From contig JAZDCZ010000229.1 of the NCBI GenBank assembly GCA_036679605.1, forward strand, positions 1 to 22,465: a DNA stretch of 22,465 nt, in the 5' to 3' direction. Within the stretch, counting starts at the first letter, position 1. Each line of letters opens with the position of its first letter. The DNA is from Gemmatimonadota bacterium (lineage in GTDB: Bacteria; Gemmatimonadota; Gemmatimonadetes; Gemmatimonadales; GWC2-71-9). The notes beneath the pieces are model-generated. The model worked only from the letters and a program-made list of their open reading frames with translations, made no database searches and was not told where the DNA came from. Below are positions 18,387-22,465 of the stretch, piece by piece. A program made the position numbers and the translations under genes.

Positions 18387-19071
18387 ACTTTGCCGGTTAG
18401 TTGCGGTGCTTCCAATGAAGGCACATTCGGAGCGAATCCCGGGCAAGAATTTCAAGTCGTTCGCTGGCAAACCGCTGTTCCGTTGGATCTTGGACACGCT
18501 GCTCTCGATCGAGGAAATCGAGCGCGTCATTATCAATACGGACGGACGAGAATTGATTGAGAGCCACGGTGGAATAGACGACCCACGGGTCCTAATGCGG
18601 GAGCGGAGCGCCGATCTACGCGGGGACCTGGTCAGCATGAATCTGGTCATTGCAGACGACTTGGCCAATGTCCCTGCTTGTATGTATCTGATGACGCACA
18701 CGACCAACCCCCTGCTGAGCGGGAACACCATACGTGACGCTGTGGCTGCGTTCCGCCGCGCCAGGGAAGGCAACTCAGTGGACTCATTGTTCAGTGTCAA
18801 CCGTCTGCAGTCTCGGTTCTACGACGCCAATGCTCATCCCATCAACCATGATCCTACAAATCTCATCCGCACGCAGGACCTCGAGCCTTGGTTCGAAGAA
18901 AACTCGAACCTGTACTTGTTCACTCGCGAGAGTTTCGAGCGAACGCATGCCCGAATTGGAGAGCGGCCGATGATGTACGTTACTCCCGGCATTGAATCGG
19001 TGGATGTAGACGACGAGGAAAGTTGGCGCTTGGCTGAGAGCATCGCTCACGGCCTAGGGAGCCTACAGTGA
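18376..19071 (+). CDS. Acylneuraminate/ulosonate cytidylyltransferase (NeuA/KdsB family)
   Basis: Motifs LPMKAHSERIPGKNFKSFAGKPL, INTD, THTTNPL, DSLFSV, RTQDL, EENSNLY, SVDVDDEESW. Confidence 0.88.
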   Translation: MLDRLCRLVAVLPMKAHSERIPGKNFKSFAGKPLFRWILDTLLSIEEIERVIINTDGRELIESHGGIDDPRVLMRERSADLRGDLVSMNLVIADDLANVPACMYLMTHTTNPLLSGNTIRDAVAAFRRAREGNSVDSLFSVNRLQSRFYDANAHPINHDPTNLIRTQDLEPWFEENSNLYLFTRESFERTHARIGERPMMYVTPGIESVDVDDEESWRLAESIAHGLGSLQ

Positions 19072-19811
19072 AAAATAGGCCCACGGCCCTGGTGACGGGG
19101 GCAAGGGGTGGAATTGGCGTTGTCCTTGTCGAGGTCCTGCTTGATGCCGGCTACCGTGTGATCGCGACAGACCGCGAGCCTCATGACGGGACCCACGCAG
19201 AGTACATTCAGTTCGACATCGGGCGAATGGCTCGGGAGGAGAATTATCGCTCTGATGTCCTCTGTGATATTGCCGCGCTAACAGGTTCGGAAGGCCTGGA
19301 TCTCTTGGTAAACAACGCGGCAGTCCAACTCTTGAATCGTACCGATGATGTCGCGGCTTCTGAGCTTCGAGAGACGTTTGACACGAACCTAATTGGCCCG
19401 TTTTTTCTCATTCAGGGCCTACTGGCTGAGCTTGAAAGAGCTGGGGGGTCCGTGGTCAACATCTCCAGCGTGCACGCTACGGCTACGAAACCGGGGTTCG
19501 TGGCCTATGCTACCAGCAAGGCAGCCTTGGTCGGCCTGACGCGCAGCCTTGCCGTTGATCTCGGGCCGCGGATTCGTGTGAACTGTGTCCTTCCCGCGGC
19601 AACCGACACACCGATGTTGCGTGCCGGATTCGAGGGGGACCCGCAAGGGCTGGAAAGGCTTGGCGCGATGCATCCCATCGGGCGAATTGGGACGCCAAGA
19701 GAGGTTGCCCAGGTGGTTCTGTTCCTTGCATCTGACGCGGCCAAGATAATGACGGGTGCGGCGGTGGCGCTTGACGGCGGTATTGGGATTCGTTTGCATG
19801 ATCCCGTATGA
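19068..19811 (+). CDS. Classical SDR oxidoreductase
   Basis: GTGA overlap with the upstream gene. Motifs TGARGGIG, LVNNAA, NISSVH, YATSK, IRVNCVLP, HPIGRIG. Confidence 0.92.
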   Translation: MKNRPTALVTGARGGIGVVLVEVLLDAGYRVIATDREPHDGTHAEYIQFDIGRMAREENYRSDVLCDIAALTGSEGLDLLVNNAAVQLLNRTDDVAASELRETFDTNLIGPFFLIQGLLAELERAGGSVVNISSVHATATKPGFVAYATSKAALVGLTRSLAVDLGPRIRVNCVLPAATDTPMLRAGFEGDPQGLERLGAMHPIGRIGTPREVAQVVLFLASDAAKIMTGAAVALDGGIGIRLHDPV

Positions 19812-19819
19812 GGGGAGGG

Positions 19820-20418
19820 AAGCTCGCCACACAGCAATCCCTGAGAGTGCTCTACTGACTGGCCCGCTGGAGTCCACAAACGATGCATATGCGGTCGCCA
19901 AGATCGCGGGCATCACGATGTGCGATGCGTATCGGTGCCGACATGGATGCAACTTCATCAGCGTGATGCCGACCAACCTCTATGGGCCCGGCGACAACTT
20001 CGACCTCGAGATCTCACATGTGCTGCCCGCCCTCATTCGCAGAATCCACGAAGCCAGGCAACGCCCGGACGACTCGGTCACGATCTGGGATTCGGGGACG
20101 CCGAAGCGTGAACTCCTTCACGTCGACGATCTCGCCTCTGCGTGTGTTTTCCTGATGCACAACTACGATGGCGAGGAGCATGTAAACGTCGGTGTCGGAC
20201 GCGACATCTCGATCCTGGAGCTCACGGAATTGGTGGCGGAAATCGTCGGGTTCGAGGACATGATCGAGTGTGACGTCACCAAGCCCGACGGGACGCCGCG
20301 AAAGCTCCTCGACGTCAGCCGCATGACGTCGCTCGGCTGGCAGGCCCACATTGGACTGCGAGAAGGAATCGAAACCACTTACGCCTGGTACCTCGAGTCG
20401 GTATCCTCGGCGCCATGA
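19820..20418 (+). pseudogene. fcl: 5'-truncated, decaying second GDP-L-fucose synthase
   Basis: Homology starts at KLATQ (19820), shifts by 1 nt into IPESALLTGPLESTNDAYAVAKIAG, then PTNLYGPGDNFDL, SHVLPALIR and KPDGTPRKLLD. The Rossmann N-terminus and the catalytic Cys region are absent. Confidence 0.85.
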
Positions 20419-21314
20419 CCACCCACCACCACCTCGCCCAACTCGAGTCTGAAGCGATCTTTGTCATGCGCGAGGTTGCGGCTCAGTTTGAGCGCCCTGC
20501 GCTGCTCTTTTCGGGCGGCAAGGACTCAATCGTGATGGTGCACCTTGCGGTGAAGGCCTTTGCCCCGGGCAAGTTTCCGTTTCCGCTGCTGCACGTCGAT
20601 ACCGGGCATAACTTCCCAGAGACCATCGAGTTTCGCGACGAGCTGGCCGCACGTGTGGGGTGCGAGCTTATCGTGCGCTCCGTGCAGGACTCCATCGACT
20701 CAGGACGGGCCAAGGAGGAGTCGGGGCCCAACCCGAGCCGCAACTTTCTGCAGATCGTGACGCTGCTGGACGCTCTCTCTGAGCTGAAGATCGATGCGGC
20801 CTTCGGCGGGGGACGCCGGGATGAAGAAAAGGCACGAGCCAAGGAGCGGTTCTTCAGCCACCGCGACCAGCTCGGCCAGTGGGATCCCAAGAACCAACGT
20901 CCCGAGCTGTGGAACCTCTTCAACGGTCGCAAGAACGTGGGCGAGAACTTTCGCGTGTTTCCCATCTCGAACTGGACCGAGATGGATGTGTGGCAGTTCA
21001 TCGACGAAGAGCAGATTCCGATCCCCTCGCTCTATTACTCGCATGAACGGGAGGTCGTGAGTAGGGACGGCACACTGTTGGCCAACACGCCCTTCAATGC
21101 GCTCCTGCCGGGTGAGGAGTACGAGACGAAGCGCGTTCGCTTCCGCACGATCGGTGATACCACCTGCACCGGCGCGACGATCTCCGATGCGTCTACCATG
21201 GAGGAGGTCATTGCAGAGGTCGCGGCGGCGCGTACGACCGAGCGCGGGGGTCGTCACGACGACAAGCGCTCCGAGGCCGCCATGGAAGACCGCAAGAAGC
21301 AGGGGTACTTCTAG
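20415..21314 (+). CDS. cysD: Sulfate adenylyltransferase subunit 2
   Basis: Motifs LESEAIFVMREV, LFSGGKDS, HVDTGHNF, GGRRDEEKARAKER, WDPKNQRPELW, RFRTIGD, MEDRKKQGYF. Confidence 0.97.
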   Translation: MTTHHHLAQLESEAIFVMREVAAQFERPALLFSGGKDSIVMVHLAVKAFAPGKFPFPLLHVDTGHNFPETIEFRDELAARVGCELIVRSVQDSIDSGRAKEESGPNPSRNFLQIVTLLDALSELKIDAAFGGGRRDEEKARAKERFFSHRDQLGQWDPKNQRPELWNLFNGRKNVGENFRVFPISNWTEMDVWQFIDEEQIPIPSLYYSHEREVVSRDGTLLANTPFNALLPGEEYETKRVRFRTIGDTTCTGATISDASTMEEVIAEVAAARTTERGGRHDDKRSEAAMEDRKKQGYF

Positions 21315-22465
21315 TGCCCGCTCGCACACAGCTCCTACGCCTCACCACAGCGGGCAGCGTAGACGACGGTAAGAGCACCCTCATCGGCCGTCTGCTCTAC
21401 GACACCAAGTCCATATTCGAAGACCAGATGGAGGCGGTAGAGGAAGCGAGCCGTCGCAGGGGCGAGGCAGAGGTGAACCTCGCGCTCCTCACCGACGGCC
21501 TCCGGGCCGAGCGTGAGCAGAACATCACCATCGATGTGGCCTACAGGTACTTCGCGACCCCCAAGCGCAAGTTCATTATCGGGGACACTCCGGGCCACAT
21601 CCAGTACACCCGAAACATGGTTACCGGGGCTTCGACGGCAGAGCTGGCGGTGATCCTGATCGATGCACGCAATGGGGTGCTCACGCAGTCCAAGCGGCAC
21701 GGCTTTATCGCCTCCCTCCTCGACATCCCGCACATCCTGGTGGCCGTCAACAAGATGGACCTGGTGGATTGGTCGCAGTCGGTGTTCGAGGAGATCGTCG
21801 CAGAGTATTCGGCGTTCTCTGAGAAGCTCGGGGTCGATGACCTGACCTTCATCCCGATGTCCGCGCTCAGGGGTGACAACGTCGTCTCGAAGAGCGAGAA
21901 CATGCCGTGGTATCGCGGTAGCACCTTTCTGCATCACATCGAGACCGTGAACGTGGGGGCAAACCGCAACCTCATCGATTTCCGATTCCCGGTGCAGTAT
22001 GTGATCCGCCCGCATCAGGACTTCCGCGGCTTTGCGGGCCGCGTGGCGTCTGGAGGCATTCAGCCTGGGGAAGAGGTGGTCGTGCTGCCCTCGGGCCGTA
22101 CGACCCGCATTGCGAGCATCGAAACCTATTCCGGCCCGCTGGAGTCGGCAGTAGCCCAGGACTCCGTGGTGCTTACGACCGAAGACGAGGTCGATATCAG
22201 CCGCGGCGATATGATCGTGCGCAAGATGAACCTGCCAACGGTGGGTACTGAGCTCGATGCGATCATCTGCTGGCTCGATACAGAGCCCATGAAGCAGGGC
22301 ACGCAGTACTGGCTCATGCACACCACGCGTTCGGTGCGCTCGTTCGTGTCCCGGCTCGTCTACCGCATCGATGTAGACACGCTGCACCGCGAGAAGGTGC
22401 CGACGTTCGGGTTGAACGACATCGGCCGCATTCAGATCACGACCGCGCAGCCGATCTTCTACGAC
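21314..22465 (+). CDS. cysN: Sulfate adenylyltransferase GTPase subunit (CysN or CysNC), 3' end outside window; not in the ORF track
   Basis: GTG 21314 overlaps the cysD TAG. Reads MPARTQLLRLTTAGSVDDGKSTLIGRLLYDTK, LTDGLRAEREQNITIDVAYRYF, DTPGHIQYTRNMVTGAST, VNKMDL, FRFPVQYV. Confidence 0.96.
   Translation, partial: MPARTQLLRLTTAGSVDDGKSTLIGRLLYDTKSIFEDQMEAVEEASRRRGEAEVNLALLTDGLRAEREQNITIDVAYRYFATPKRKFIIGDTPGHIQYTRNMVTGASTAELAVILIDARNGVLTQSKRHGFIASLLDIPHILVAVNKMDLVDWSQSVFEEIVAEYSAFSEKLGVDDLTFIPMSALRGDNVVSKSENMPWYRGSTFLHHIETVNVGANRNLIDFRFPVQYVIRPHQDFRGFAGRVASGGIQPGEEVVVLPSGRTTRIASIETYSGPLESAVAQDSVVLTTEDEVDISRGDMIVRKMNLPTVGTELDAIICWLDTEPMKQGTQYWLMHTTRSVRSFVSRLVYRIDVDTLHREKVPTFGLNDIGRIQITTAQPIFYD

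Noticed and set aside
19756..20418. 220-aa ORF as an intact fcl
   Set aside because: Its first ~25 residues come from the SDR overlap and are unrelated to Fcl; the NADPH-binding N-terminus is missing. Treated as a pseudogene.
21335..22387. 350-aa minus-strand ORF
   Set aside because: Antisense shadow of cysN, which the track missed because it has no stop in the window.
1..22465. CRISPR arrays, tRNA/rRNA genes, intact transposases or integrases, ops/JUMPstart element
   Set aside because: None recognised by eye; a covariance-model scan would be needed to exclude small RNAs.

Overview
A GC-rich bacterial Wzx/Wzy-type surface-polysaccharide locus, almost all on the + strand. The left block has high GC3 and holds a 3' fragment of a cysQ-like gene, an NDP-sugar epimerase and rmlD-rmlA-rmlB (no rmlC). 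A central block with visibly lower GC3 (about 3.65-19.82 kb) holds a priming phosphoglycosyl transferase, wzx, a DUF115/Maf-like protein, wzy, an inverted SAM methyltransferase, a WecB/TagA glycosyltransferase, an FkbM methyltransferase, fcl and gmd. It ends with a five-gene module: 2-hydroxyacid dehydrogenase, mutarotase-like protein, GT2, CMP-ulosonate synthetase-like protein and SDR. The right block holds a 5'-truncated, decaying second fcl, then cysD and cysN (running off the window). The central block looks like a swapped-in cassette, with scars that include the truncated fcl, a frameshifted internal secA fragment and possible IS3-end remnants. The most interesting signal is a CMP-sugar-acid activation and transfer set with no NeuB/KdsA synthase in the window. 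It is instead linked to mutarotase-like, aldose-dehydrogenase-like and 2-hydroxyacid dehydrogenase genes, suggesting (inference) an oxidative route to a CMP-2-ulosonic acid. All family calls come from motifs recognised by eye; no searches were run.
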